The notes: generated from the sequence alone by a model not told the origin. A stretch of 64,000 nt of DNA from Mytilus edulis (GCF_963676685.1 NC_092348.1:86862001-86926000), one strand, 5' to 3'. Shown: positions 1-12,200, numbered from the stretch's first letter. Numbers and translations are program-made.

Positions 1-379
1 GTGATTTTAAAAATGGACATAAATGAACAATAAGAACTGTTTTATAGAGCTGGTGTGATGAGAAAAGAAAGATGTAGATTTGACCTGAAATAAATTATTA
101 GAAAGGACAATTTTTTTATTGAATTTTATGATCAGAATTTTGGGATTATTTCATGAGGAGACTGACATTTTTCACCATCTTCCGGGGTCCATCAATTTGC
201 GAAAAAAGTAATCTCACTTGCCACCCCGAAAATTTAACCAGACATGTATAAATGTATCAGCTTCGATATGAGCCATCATACATGTTCAAGTAAACGATAT
301 GGACTGAGCAACGGAGGAAAACGTTACCATTACGGCCTATGGAGAATTAATTGTAAATGTATACCCAAATGCTGACGCA

Positions 380-2059
380 ATGTCAAGGAATCCATGTAAG
401 TCATGTAAACATCAAGAGGATTTAAATCAAGCTGAAAACGATAATGATACGGAGAAAAGTGAAAAACCTGTAGAATGCCATTCAAATTTAGAAAAACAAG
501 AAGAAACAGTAAAACACTTTGCTACACCCCTCACGGAAGCAGATGAAACAGCAGATATCACTGAAATTACAGGGCTAATTCCAGGAAATATCCGAGCTGT
601 AACAAGGAGTGAACTCAAGGAGCAGCAGAATGAAATGAAAGTCAATGAGGCACTTTTAGGAGGTTGGGAACCATCAGAAATAAGACAACAGCAATTAGAA
701 GATGACAATATTGGGAAAGTATTTGCAGCATTTGAAAGCGGATCTCAGAAACCACCATGGGAAAGTATTTCTAGTGGAACATCAGCATTGAAAACTCTTT
801 GGGGACAATGGGACAGATTAGAAATGCATGGAGGAGTTTTATACAGAAGGTTTGAGACAAACATTGGTCAAACAGCCCGAAAACAAATGATTGTTCCTAA
901 GAGTCGAACACAAGATCTATTACACCATTTTCATGACGTACCATCAGCTGCTCATTTAGGCGTAGACAAGACACTGGAAAAGCTCAAGAACGGATTCTAT
1001 TGGCCTAACATGAAGGAATATGTTCAAGCATATTGCCGTTCATGCGACAGTTGTTTTGCAAGAAAACCCAAGAAAGAATCAACTAAAGCACCTTTGGGTA
1101 CATATGTCTCAGGAGAACCAATGGAAAGAGTAGCATTAGACATTTTTGGACCACTGCCGTTAACAAAACGAAACAATAAGTACATCTTAGTCATCTCAGA
1201 TCTATTTACAAAATGGACAGAGGCTATAGCCTTACCAAATCAGGAAAGTTCAACAATTTGTACTGCATTTATTGACCATTTCGTAACAAAATTTGGAGCC
1301 CCTCTACAACTACACTCAGATCAAGGGAGAAACTTTCAAGCCGATATTTTCCAGAGAATGTGCAACCTACTAGGCATTCATAAAACCAGAACTACGAGTT
1401 TCAGACCACAATCCAACGGTGGTGTGGAACGTTTTAATAGAACACTTGCTTCTATGTTATCGATGTACTGTAAACAAAAACAAGATCAATGGGACCAGTA
1501 TCTACAACAGGTGATGATGGCATACAGATCTTCCGTACATGCATCTACTTCCAAGACACCAAATTCTATGCTCTTTGGAAGGGAGGTAACTTTACCGCTG
1601 CAGGCTGTGATCCCACAGCCAGATATTGAAATTCAAGAAAACCGGTCGCCAGATGACTATGTGGCACACCTACAAAATAAATTAAAAGAAAATCATGCAT
1701 TTGCAAGGAAAGCACTCAAAAAGGTCTCTATATATCAGAAAAAGAGATATGATCTTAACGCCAAGAAAAGAATCTTTAAAAGGGGGGAAGCTGTCTGGAT
1801 CTACGACCCAATAAGGAAAAAGGGAGTATGCTCAAAACTCACACCTAAATGGAAAGGACCATTTATAATTGAAAAGAGAATAGATGATGTTACTTACCGA
1901 GTAAAGAGAAGCTTGAGGCAGCCGTCGACTGTATATCATGTGGATCGTTTAACACTGTATCAAGGGAGGAATGTACCATCGTGGGCAAGCAGATTTCGAA
2001 GAATGATGGATTTAGAGGAAGCAAATAACGACCAGCAATTGGATAAGCCAGTTGGCTAA
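380..2059 (+). CDS. pol: Gypsy pol C-terminal fragment: integrase
   Basis: HHCC zinc domain (HDVPSAAH...CRSC), DDE core (ALDIFGP, HSDQGRNF, SNGGVERFNRT), GPY/F motif (KWKGPF). The ATG at 380 is internal to NADAMSR and is not a real start. Confidence 0.95.
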   Translation: MSRNPCKSCKHQEDLNQAENDNDTEKSEKPVECHSNLEKQEETVKHFATPLTEADETADITEITGLIPGNIRAVTRSELKEQQNEMKVNEALLGGWEPSEIRQQQLEDDNIGKVFAAFESGSQKPPWESISSGTSALKTLWGQWDRLEMHGGVLYRRFETNIGQTARKQMIVPKSRTQDLLHHFHDVPSAAHLGVDKTLEKLKNGFYWPNMKEYVQAYCRSCDSCFARKPKKESTKAPLGTYVSGEPMERVALDIFGPLPLTKRNNKYILVISDLFTKWTEAIALPNQESSTICTAFIDHFVTKFGAPLQLHSDQGRNFQADIFQRMCNLLGIHKTRTTSFRPQSNGGVERFNRTLASMLSMYCKQKQDQWDQYLQQVMMAYRSSVHASTSKTPNSMLFGREVTLPLQAVIPQPDIEIQENRSPDDYVAHLQNKLKENHAFARKALKKVSIYQKKRYDLNAKKRIFKRGEAVWIYDPIRKKGVCSKLTPKWKGPFIIEKRIDDVTYRVKRSLRQPSTVYHVDRLTLYQGRNVPSWASRFRRMMDLEEANNDQQLDKPVG

Positions 2060-2416
2060 ATGTTGGAGGAATATTAAAGGTCCTCAGCATTCTGTACCTG
2101 TTCATACTTTTATTTTTGGATATACTGCAGTATATATTTTTATGACAGATCTGTCGGAGAACGATTTGGGGGTGGTCTGATCAACCACTAGTCAAATCAT
2201 TGAGATATAGGATAGGGATCCTGGCTGACTAAGGAGGAGCCCAGTAGTCGAGTTTATTTTTGATATGAACAGTTATAGATATTTTTGGAGTTGTTTCGTT
2301 GGTGTTATTTGCATGGTTTTGAGTTGAACACATTTATAGAACGGGACGGGGGGAGGATTTTAACTTATTATATAAACAATACAGGGAATTAATGGCAGTA
2401 TTCCTTGTATTTCAGA

Positions 2417-3478
2417 ATGAGTTCAGTGGTATCGACAAAATGCTGGTTATGCCCGGAAACCTATGAAAAGAAAAAGGACCTGAAGAGCCATGCCATCTCC
2501 GAGCATTCGGTGTGCAGAGTTGTTTGTCCATGGTGTGTAGATAGTGAAAGGACGTTTGGCAGGATGTCGGAGCTGACCAAGCACAGTAAGAGAAAGCACA
2601 ATGATCTCACCATAGACCTCCTGGAGGGTGATTTCTTTACAGAGCCAAATGGATTTTGGTTAGCCAAGCGGCCAGATGATTATGTTAGAATTATAAAGCC
2701 TTCAGAATGGACGAGCACTATTGCCATCAGGACCAGGGCAGCACTGTTGGGATGGGTGGAAGCCACCAAGAAGGAGGGATCAGACAAACATAAGAAGTCA
2801 TGGGAAGAAGGATGGAAGAAAGCACTGGGTCATTCTGTTACAAGTGAGCAGCCCACCAGCTCTAGGAAACGGAAATACAGTCCATCCAGACCTCTAGTGG
2901 ACCTTCCTGAACTAGCAGTAGCCAGGATTGACCTATCATCTAAGGGGAACATAGGCTTTCTTAGAATGAAGGAGTCGTCAGCAGAAATATGGTTCAAGGT
3001 AGAAATGGTACATTGGGTCATGGAGGACTCCAGGGCAAAGGACAATTTGGTTAGGAGAATGAGCATTGCAAAGACAGACCATGAGCCACCACAAACTTGG
3101 GGAACAGAACTTAAGTTGTCTGAGTCAAAGCACACCTTGAATCAGGTAACCAAGGCGTTGGGAATTGGTGAGAGACATGTCAGGAAGCTGTTTAGGGGAA
3201 AGGTGACGTTTGAAACCAAGTCCAGGAAGAAGGCAGAGGAAACAACCAGGGAAGAAAGTAGTAAATCCGATATTGGAGAAGAGCCAGAGTACGAGATAAT
3301 GGACTCTATTGGAGAAGTAGACAACCTAGAAGTGATATTAGAAGAAAAGGAACAACCAGAAACAGCTAAAACCATCTCAACAACACAGGAACCATCAGAA
3401 AAAGTTGCAGATGTCCTACCAACAGCAGAAAAGAAAAAAACCAAGCAAGCCAGTACCAATTCAAGACAGCCCTCTTAA
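2417..3478 (+). CDS. Retrotransposon accessory ORF, N-terminal part: two C2H2 zinc fingers plus acidic low-complexity region
   Basis: CWLC-x12-H-x4-H and CPWC...H-x4-H. The ATG at 2417 follows a canonical acceptor ttccttgtatttcag. Purine-rich like pol. Confidence 0.75.
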   Translation: MSSVVSTKCWLCPETYEKKKDLKSHAISEHSVCRVVCPWCVDSERTFGRMSELTKHSKRKHNDLTIDLLEGDFFTEPNGFWLAKRPDDYVRIIKPSEWTSTIAIRTRAALLGWVEATKKEGSDKHKKSWEEGWKKALGHSVTSEQPTSSRKRKYSPSRPLVDLPELAVARIDLSSKGNIGFLRMKESSAEIWFKVEMVHWVMEDSRAKDNLVRRMSIAKTDHEPPQTWGTELKLSESKHTLNQVTKALGIGERHVRKLFRGKVTFETKSRKKAEETTREESSKSDIGEEPEYEIMDSIGEVDNLEVILEEKEQPETAKTISTTQEPSEKVADVLPTAEKKKTKQASTNSRQPS

Positions 3479-4154
3479 AAAACTAGACAACAAAGAGAAT
3501 GATACATATTTACCAATGCTGAGTGAGGACGAGGAGGAAGAGGAGGAGGAAGACAAGGCAACATCAGAGAGGTCAGATGAACGAATCATAATGGTGAGCC
3601 ATAAGGAAGTGTTTGACATTGACACTGACGAAGAAGAAACTACCAATATATCACTTAGGGAGAGGGCGGAGAAGCTATTAAAGGCAGGAGGGATGCCCCT
3701 ATTTCCACCAGGGAGGAGACAATGGGCCGGAGAAAGGATGCAGGTGTCGAGTAAACCAACACCAATGTTCTGGCCGCCCAAGGAATGGAGGAAATTGACA
3801 GCGGATCAGAAGCTGACAGCCTGGAGGTTCGCTGCCATGACCTTGGCAAGGGAGCATGGAGTCGACACGGTCAAGGAAGAGAGAGACGTACTTGACAAGT
3901 ATGCCATGCTTGCCTTGCCAGGTACTGCGTTACCTAATCAACCTGGAGAAGACTTGATTATAAAGGCTCGTTTGGCCAATTACCACTTGTTGAAGGATAT
4001 CTGTCTTGGTAAACTGGAAGGAATTGAAGCTTTGGAATTAATAGATATGCTGGAAGCCGCAACCCGATCAAAACCACAAAATGACTTAGTTAAATTATTA
4101 TGTAATGTACCTCTGAGATTGTCAGAAGATGTTAAGAAGGATAAATCGCATTAA
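3405..4154 (+). CDS. Retrotransposon accessory ORF, C-terminal part (probably the same gene as 2417-3478, split by a +1 frameshift)
   Basis: Removing one A from the A7 run at 3434-3440 fuses the frames (AEKKK-PSKPVPIQDSP). Poly-E tract, then a Trp/Pro-rich globular-looking domain (MPLFPPGRRQW...WPPKEW...YAMLALPGT). Confidence 0.7.
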   Translation: MQMSYQQQKRKKPSKPVPIQDSPLKKLDNKENDTYLPMLSEDEEEEEEEDKATSERSDERIIMVSHKEVFDIDTDEEETTNISLRERAEKLLKAGGMPLFPPGRRQWAGERMQVSSKPTPMFWPPKEWRKLTADQKLTAWRFAAMTLAREHGVDTVKEERDVLDKYAMLALPGTALPNQPGEDLIIKARLANYHLLKDICLGKLEGIEALELIDMLEAATRSKPQNDLVKLLCNVPLRLSEDVKKDKSH

Positions 4155-4340
4155 CTGTATACACTTTTTTTACTATCTAAGATGACAACGACCATCACCA
4201 AGAAGAACCGATCAAGAGAGACTTAGAACTGTCAAATTTTATTGTTACTGTTCTTTTGTGTTTTAATGCTTATAGTTCATTGCATATATTTTATCATGTG
4301 TACAATACAAAAGAGAATTCGGGAGAATTCTTTTTTTATT

Positions 4341-4352
4341 GGGTGGGGAAAG
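4341..4352 (+). other. Polypurine tract (PPT)
   Basis: gggtggggaaag directly before TGTTATA, preceded by a T-run. Confidence 0.8.
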
Positions 4353-5980
4353 TGTTATAAATGGGTATTGATAATAATCTCAAAGAAACAACACATTTTA
4401 TATTTCTAAATTTTATTGGGATCAATATCTGAAAACCTGAAAAATAATGGTCTTAGATGATTTTCATACACTAAGACAACTTTGGCAATCTCAATTTGGG
4501 GAGATCAAATTGCATATGTTTATAATAAGTACCAATTTTATCAGATAACATAACATTTAACATAACGTCTATCAACTTATCAAGTTGACATAGCGGTAAA
4601 ATTCAACTGTCAGTGAACAGGCACTTCGATCACGATTTTCACGGGTCTACATTAAATTCACACTTTCAGGGGATAATGGGTTTATAAAACATGTTTGTCG
4701 TTACCTATTCATTCAGTCTCAGTGTTATTTGACACATCCTTTGGGTAGCTTTCCCTTAAATTCCATCGTAGCGAGTGCTTGTTTACGTATATTGGAAGTT
4801 GCCATTCCAACGAATGGTCACTTCCGGGTAACGGTACTTCTTTATAAAGTTATAATAATACATAAAAGTATTATTAAGATATGATTAAATTACTTGCTGG
4901 CCTTCCTTTTACAGTGTAGGATATTTAATAATAGGAAATAATTACGTTAAGTACGTTTTTGTGTAGCGCCGTTAAGGAACTATTTTGTGATTTCAATGAC
5001 GTCATATAGTAACGTAGGTGATAAGGCTACGAGTATGGAATTTTAAGGTTTATATTTATTATGTCACTTATTTATTGGAATTAAAGGCAAACTTTCGCGA
5101 TTTTATGTATTTATAACGACATTTTGGGACATGAGCCAGAGTTTTCCTTGGTATTTCAAAGTTATAGTAGATTTTCAGTTCTGTGAGTCGCGGATGTATT
5201 TCACCGTCAAGTATAAATACGGCGTCGCACTAGCACTTTGGCATATCGTATCTGGCTATCAAGCAGAGCAGTACAATAAACCAAACAAACCCTTAAAGTC
5301 AAGCAAGCTATTTAGGTACAGGATGCATTTCGATATACAGCTATTTCACCTTAAGCTATGCGATAGCATTTCAAGCCTTTATTTATCTTTTTACATCTTT
5401 GGGAATATTTAACTAAAAGCTCACATAAGGACGTCTATAGGAACCAAATATCGCTTTTATAAATATTCCCGCTTAAGCAGGTCTTCAACAGGAAGTGGCT
5501 TCATATTAAGACAAGATGAGGAACCAGTTCAATGTTTACAATTTCTCATAGCAGTTTTTGGCAAATTACACAAATTATTAAAGATGTAAAGATACGATGT
5601 CCCACCACGTTGACAACTTTCTTATATCGTAGTTTAATGAAATACGTATATTTCATTCTCTCATTATTGTATTGATAGGATAAAGTCTTGTAAATCTGTA
5701 TTTATAAGTTATATCTGGGGTTCGGAAGGCCAGCATCTTACTATTACAATTTATGGTTATACTATGTTATTGCTGATATTTGCATGCGTTATTTATTGAG
5801 ATATACATGCCTACTGGACAAGAATAAAAGTCACTCTTTTACGCTGGATTCTTCATTTATATATGATTATGCTGGAGTCAACAAACTACACTCAAAACAA
5901 GACAAAGTAACGGAATACTATCAATAAGCAATCATACGGAATTAAAAGTACACTCGACCCCTACTCGCCCGCCTGTAACA
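4353..5980 (+). repeat. 3' LTR (~1.63 kb)
   Basis: Starts TGTTATA after the PPT and ends TGTAACA (6/7 inverted match). AATAAA at ~5823. The right end cannot be confirmed without the 5' LTR. Confidence 0.7.
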
Positions 5981-6102
5981 GTATTTATTAAATATTGTTC
6001 CAAGTTTTTAAACCTGGGCTATCTATAGTGGACTGTACTGGTTGTCTTGTGTTGTTGGATTGCTGACTTGTTTGTATGTACCAATAATCTGTTTCGTTTT
6101 AC

Positions 6103-6223
6103 CTTATAAAGACAAACATAGATGTATATGGATAGTTTACAGCACCAAATCCTGATAACAGAGCCATGATAGTCACACCTATAACACCTATTCTTCCTAT
6201 ACACTGCTCTATGTCAAATATTC
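6103..6223 (-). CDS. GPR89: GPR89 coding exon 6
   Basis: [44 protein letters not shown] flanked. Confidence 0.95.
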
Positions 6224-9200
6224 CTGTCAATAAAATGAATGTCATAGTAAATTCACCATCACAATCATTAATAAATATTTTCAATTATTAACATGTTTCT
6301 TAATTTTCAATTATTAACATGTTTCTTAATTTTCAATTATTAACATGTTTCTTACTTTTCTGGGAAAGAGAATATAATTACATTAAAGGTAACAAAGAAG
6401 CTTTTGATGTGATGTTTTAAAATATAACTTGGAATTTTTATATCTGGTAAGATATGGTTTTGTTGGAAATTCCTGTGATGATTATATGAACTGCATTTTT
6501 TTTTTAACAAATTTATAGTACACAAAAAAAAGTGACATTTTTTTAGATGTTTAAATTTGGTAAACCTAACTAGAAAGTATATTCAAAAAGTCAAACTTGA
6601 AACTTTGTCAACCAATATAACGAATGAAAAACAACTGTCATATTCCAGACTTGGTATAAACATTACCAATTTCCTATCAAAGCAGACCTACCTTGTTTAG
6701 GACTAAGAATAGGAAATGGATCCCCAATCTTCCAAAAGAAATAAGTAGCTATACACCAAACAGCAAATGTCAATAATACTCTGACATGTTGTTTCTGAGG
6801 TACTGAAAAAAGAAATAATAATGTGAGTCAGGTAAATCATTTTTTCCCCTCCTGTCCCTAAAAGCATACATTCTTTATATTTAAAAAAAATCTCTAAATA
6901 TTTTATCCAAATGTACAGGGCTGTTTTGAATTTCGTAACATTAGCACAGTGGTAAAATATTATTGACATATCACATTTATGTGTGTGCTAAAAATTGAAG
7001 AAAATTGTGTACTTTGAAAAGAAGAAATATTCATTAGTTCATCTTCTGAGGAATTATTCTACATGCAGAACAAACCAATACAGATGAACAGACAAAGATC
7101 ATATTGTATCTCTATTCCAGTATTTCTCGATACATATATTCCAATATATTCCAATAGAAAAAAAGAAAAAAATCTTTCTGATCCTAACAACTTGTGCAAA
7201 TTTACAAGACTAGTCAATATACATGTAGGCTCTCCTGGCTAACTCATGTACTTGATATCATTTAGTTTAATTTTTATTTTAGTTTGCATACTGTAATTTA
7301 TGATATGTGCCTCTCTCTTGCTTTCATATAACTTTTGTATGTCTGTACATATACATTATGTAATATTTATACTGCAACTAGTTGTTTTATTTTCTTAAGC
7401 TATATTTGTGCAATGTCAATTTCATCATGGAACACTTTTTCTACAAACAGAGGTTCATCAAGGGGTGAGAATACATTTGAAATCAAATTTACAATTTAAA
7501 TAGCTATCAATGTGTTAATTTAAGTTGCAGTAGAAAAACAATATTAGGCCAATGTCAGAAAAATATATACTTTTTTGTAATTGGTACAAAACTGGGGAAG
7601 TGCTAGTTAGAACCTTGCCCTTTCCTGGTTTCTCAGCCCCATACAAAAAAGTTTAGATGTTTCTGTATTGACCTAATATTGTGTATGTATTGTGTGTATC
7701 TCTATACCAATGTATTTTGGTTTGTTGAGAAATAATGATATAAATAATAGATTTTCTAATAGTCCATATTCTAATTTTGAAGGTTTTTTTTCCGGGAACC
7801 CAACTTTTTATCAACCATGTTATCAATCAAATGTGTAAGCAATTTTACTTACCAAATTTCAAATTACAAATTATGAAATAAGCAATATAGAATGGTAACA
7901 CTACAATCAACACTGATAATATGGCATATAGCCCTAGTTTCCAATGGAAATATCTGGAGCTGAAATACACAAAACAATCTGTAATTTTTTCTATTAAAAC
8001 AGGAAATATATAAATTTCAATTCAAAATTTTACCAATTTGCCATCTTCAGCAGTTTCTGAGCAAAGGCTTCATTTACAAAGAAAAGATCTTAATCTTTGA
8101 TTTGATTAAAAATTAAAATTTATGAAACCCAAAATCTTTCAGCAATATTATAACTGAGCTTCTGTTGCTTCTCAATCTACTTCTCAAAATGATGCATTCT
8201 AAACTTTCTTAAGATTCAAGAAGTCTGATATCAACAGCATTGTTTCAAAGATAAAGTATAAAAATGTTTTTCTAAAACCTATCTAATGCATAGTTTTACA
8301 CAAAGATCTGTTAATCAAATTCTCATTCAGGTAAATAAATTATTTTATTGTGATGTGTATATTGTGGTAAGTGGTAACAATGGGGCATCAAAGGTTTAGA
8401 ATTGCGAAAAATAGTTACCTCCCCTGCATATGTATCTACCCCTATTAGTCAATTACTACTGAAAATTATTATTAATTTATTAAGTAGACTTTAAAATTTA
8501 GCTGTACAGATGGTTATGTATCATGTGTATGTACTCAATACATTTCTTGGATTTATTTATCACTAATCTGACCTTACATTTAGTCTGATGTGTACTATAT
8601 TTTAAACTTTGCAAGGTACATGTATATATCATTTTTACAACATTCCTACACCCTACCCTGAAATAAGAGTAACAGGACCAACAATAGATTTGTTTTTTTT
8701 GTCAAGACTTACTCTGCATCAAGTACTCCAAGAATTTCAAATATGATCAGTTCAAACATGGTACAGGATAATGAAAATGTCACTGAAAACACTAACAGTA
8801 CAACAGAGTGGTGGACCTGAAACACACAATAATAGGCTTACAATAAGTTCACATGGTACAAGATAATGAAAATTTCACTGAAAACACTAACAGTACAACA
8901 GACGATGGACCTGAAACAGAAAATAATAAGCTTACAATAATGTAACATGGTACAGGACAACAAAAATGTCACAGAAAACAGTAACAGCACAACAGACGAT
9001 GGACCTGAAACACACAATAATAGGCTTACAATAAGTTCTTGGTTCTCTGGTTATAGGTTGTATCATTTGCAATCATACCATATCTTCACATATATATAAT
9101 AGCAATACAATTTGATTTATAGATCATATGTCATATTGTCAAAAAGATACTAAATGAAAGATTAGGCTTTATAAGAGTAATTCAAAGCCTTTAAGGGCAT

Positions 9201-12200
9201 ATAAACCAAAATGAAGCTACTCATTGCACTTATTTAATGTTGGGGTGACAACATCTTTTCTCATGTCAGTGTATGTGGTGACAAATAGGCAATAATGTTA
9301 GTGTATGTGGTGACAAATATGCAGTAATGTCAATGTATGTGGTGACAAATAGGAAAATTCAAATAGGCAAATTTGACAATGTGTGTGGTGAAAAATATGC
9401 AATAATGTTAGTGTATGTGGTGACAAATAGGCAATAATGTCAATGTGATGAATGGTGACAATATCTGCAATTATCTCAATGTGTGTGGTGACAACAAGTC
9501 AATAATGTCCATGTATGTGGTGACAAATAGGCAATTATGTAAATGTTTGTGGTGACAATATCTGCAATTATGTTAATGTATGTGGTGACAATAAGGCAAT
9601 TATGTCAAAGGGTGTGTGGTGACAAATAGGCAATTATGTTAGTGTGTGTGGTGACAAATAAGCAATTATATCAATGAGTGTGTTGACAATATCTGCAATT
9701 ATGTCAATGTGTGTGGTGACAAATAGGCAATTATGTCAATGTGTGTGTAGTAGCAAATAGGCAATTATGTCAATCGGTGTGTGGTGACAAATAGGCAATT
9801 ATGTCAATGTGTGTGTGGTGACAAAAAGGCAATTATGTCAATATGTGTGTGGTGACAAATAGGCAATTAGGTCAATATGTGTGGTGACAATATCTGCAAT
9901 TATGTTAATGTGTGTGGTGACAAATAGACAATTATGTCAATGTCTGTGTGGTGACAAATAGCCAATTATGTCAATGTTTGTGTGGTGACAAATAGGCAAT
10001 TATGTCAATGTGTGTGGTTACAAATAGGCAATTATGTCAATGTGTGTGGTGACAAATAGCCAATTATTCTAATGTGTGTGGTGACAATATCTGCAATTAT
10101 GTAAATGTGTGTGATGACAAATAGGCAATTATGTCAATGTCTGTGTGGTGACAAATAGGCAATTATTTCAATGTGTGTGTAGTGGCAAATATGCAATTAT
10201 GTCAATGTGTGAATGGTGACAAATATGCAATTATGTCAATCAGTGTGTTGACATAATAGGTACTTATGTCAATGTGTGTGATGGCAGCATAGACAATAAT
10301 GTCAAAGTGTGTGGTGACTTAATATGCAATTATGTCAATGCAAGTGGTGACACATCTGCACTTATGTAAATGTTTATGGTGACAACATAGGCACTTGTGT
10401 CAGGATTGTGGTGAGAACATCTGCACTTATGTCAATGTTTGTGGTGACAATATCTGTACTTATGTCAGGGTGTGTGGTGGCAACATAGGCACTTTTGTCA
10501 GTGTTTGTGGTGACAATATCAGCACTTATGTCATTGTGTGTGGTGACAACATCTGTACTAACGTCAATGTGTGTGGTGACAATATATGTACTTATGTCAA
10601 TTTGTGTGGTGACAATATCTTCACTTATGTCAATGTGTGTGGTGACAACATCTGTACTAATGTCAATATATGCGGTGACAACATCTGTACTAATGTCAAT
10701 GTATGTGGTGACAATATATGTACTTATGTCAATGTGTGTGGTGACAATATCTTCACTTATGTCAATGTGTGTGGTGACAATATCTGTACTAATATCAATG
10801 TGTGTGGTGACAATATATGTACTTGTGTCAATGTGGGTGGTGACAAAATCTGCAATTATGTCAATGTGTGTGGTGACAACATCTGTACTAATGTCAATGT
10901 GTGTAGTGACAACATCTGCACTTATGTCAATGTGTGTGGTGACAACATCTGTACTAATGTTAATGTGTGTGGTGACAACATCTATACTAATGTCAATTAG
11001 TGTGGCGACAACATCTGTACTAATGTCAATGTGTGTGGTGACAACATCTGTACTAATGTCAATGTATGTGGTGACAATATATGTACTTATGTCAATGTGT
11101 GTGGTGACAATATCTTCACTTATGTCAATGTTTGTGGTGACAATATCTGTACTTATGTCAGGGTGTGTGGTGGCAACATAGGCACTTTTGTCAGTGTTTG
11201 TGGTGACAATATCAGCACTTATGTCATTGTGTGTGGTGACAACATCTGTACTAACGTCAATGTGTGTGGTGACAATATATGTACTTATGTCAATGTGTGT
11301 GGTGACAATATCTTCACTTATGTCAATGTGTGTGGTGACAACATCTGAACTAATGTCAATGTGTGTGGTGACAACATCTGTACTAATGTCAATGTATGTG
11401 GTGACAATATATGTAATTATGTCAATGTGTGTGGTGACAATATCTTCACTTATGTCAATGTGTGTGGTGACAACATCTGTACTAATGTCAATGTGTGTGG
11501 TGACAATATATGTACTTATGTCAATGTGGGTGGTGACAACATCTGCAATTATGTCAATGTGTGTGGTGACAACATCTGTACTAATGTCAATGTGTGTAGT
11601 GACAAAATCTGCACTTATGTCAATGTGTGTGGTGACAACATCTGTACTAATGTTAATGTGTGTGGTGACAAGATCTATACTAATGTCAATTAGTGTGGCG
11701 ACAACATCTGTACTAATGTCAATGTGTGTGTCGACAACATCTGTACTTATGTCAATGTGTGTGGTAACAACATCTGTACTAATGTCAATGTGTGTAGTGA
11801 CAACATCTGCATTTATGTCAATGTGTGTGGTGACAACATCTGCACTTATGTCAATGTTTGTGGTGACAATATCTTCACTTATGTCAATGTGTGTGGTGAC
11901 AACATCTGTACTAATGTCAATGTGTGTAGTGACAATATCTGCATTTATGTCAATGTGTGTGGTGACAACATCTGCACTTATGTCAATGTTTGTGGTGACA
12001 ATATCTTCACTTATGTCAATGTGTGTGGTGACAACATCTGTACTAATGTCAATGTGTGTGGTGACAACATCTGTACTAATGTCAATGTGTGTGGTGACAA
12101 CATCTGTACTTCAATGTGTGTGGTGACAACATCTGTACTTCAATGTGTGTGGTGACAACATCTGTACTAATGTCAATATGTGTAGTGACAACATCTGCAT

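Larger units (their letters stand above)
368..5980 (+). mobile_element. Ty3/Gypsy LTR retrotransposon, 5'-truncated (end of RNase H, integrase, accessory ORF, PPT, 3' LTR)
   Basis: Begins with NADAMSR (RNase H C-terminal motif), then integrase (Gypsy domain order), PPT at 4341-4352 and a TGTTA...TAACA-bounded LTR. No gag, RT or 5' LTR in the window. Confidence 0.9.

Noticed and set aside
427-3849. Antisense ORFs over the Gypsy element
   Set aside because: Ser/Leu/Phe-rich shadows of purine-rich sense ORFs.
2405-4154. env gene
   Set aside because: No signal peptide, fusion-protein features or TM anchor; it has zinc fingers instead.
4309-4340. Rho-independent terminator
   Set aside because: The hairpin plus T-run resembles one, but the DNA is eukaryotic and the position next to the PPT explains it better.
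5131-5412. 93-aa ORF inside the LTR
   Set aside because: No recognisable motif; compatible with chance.
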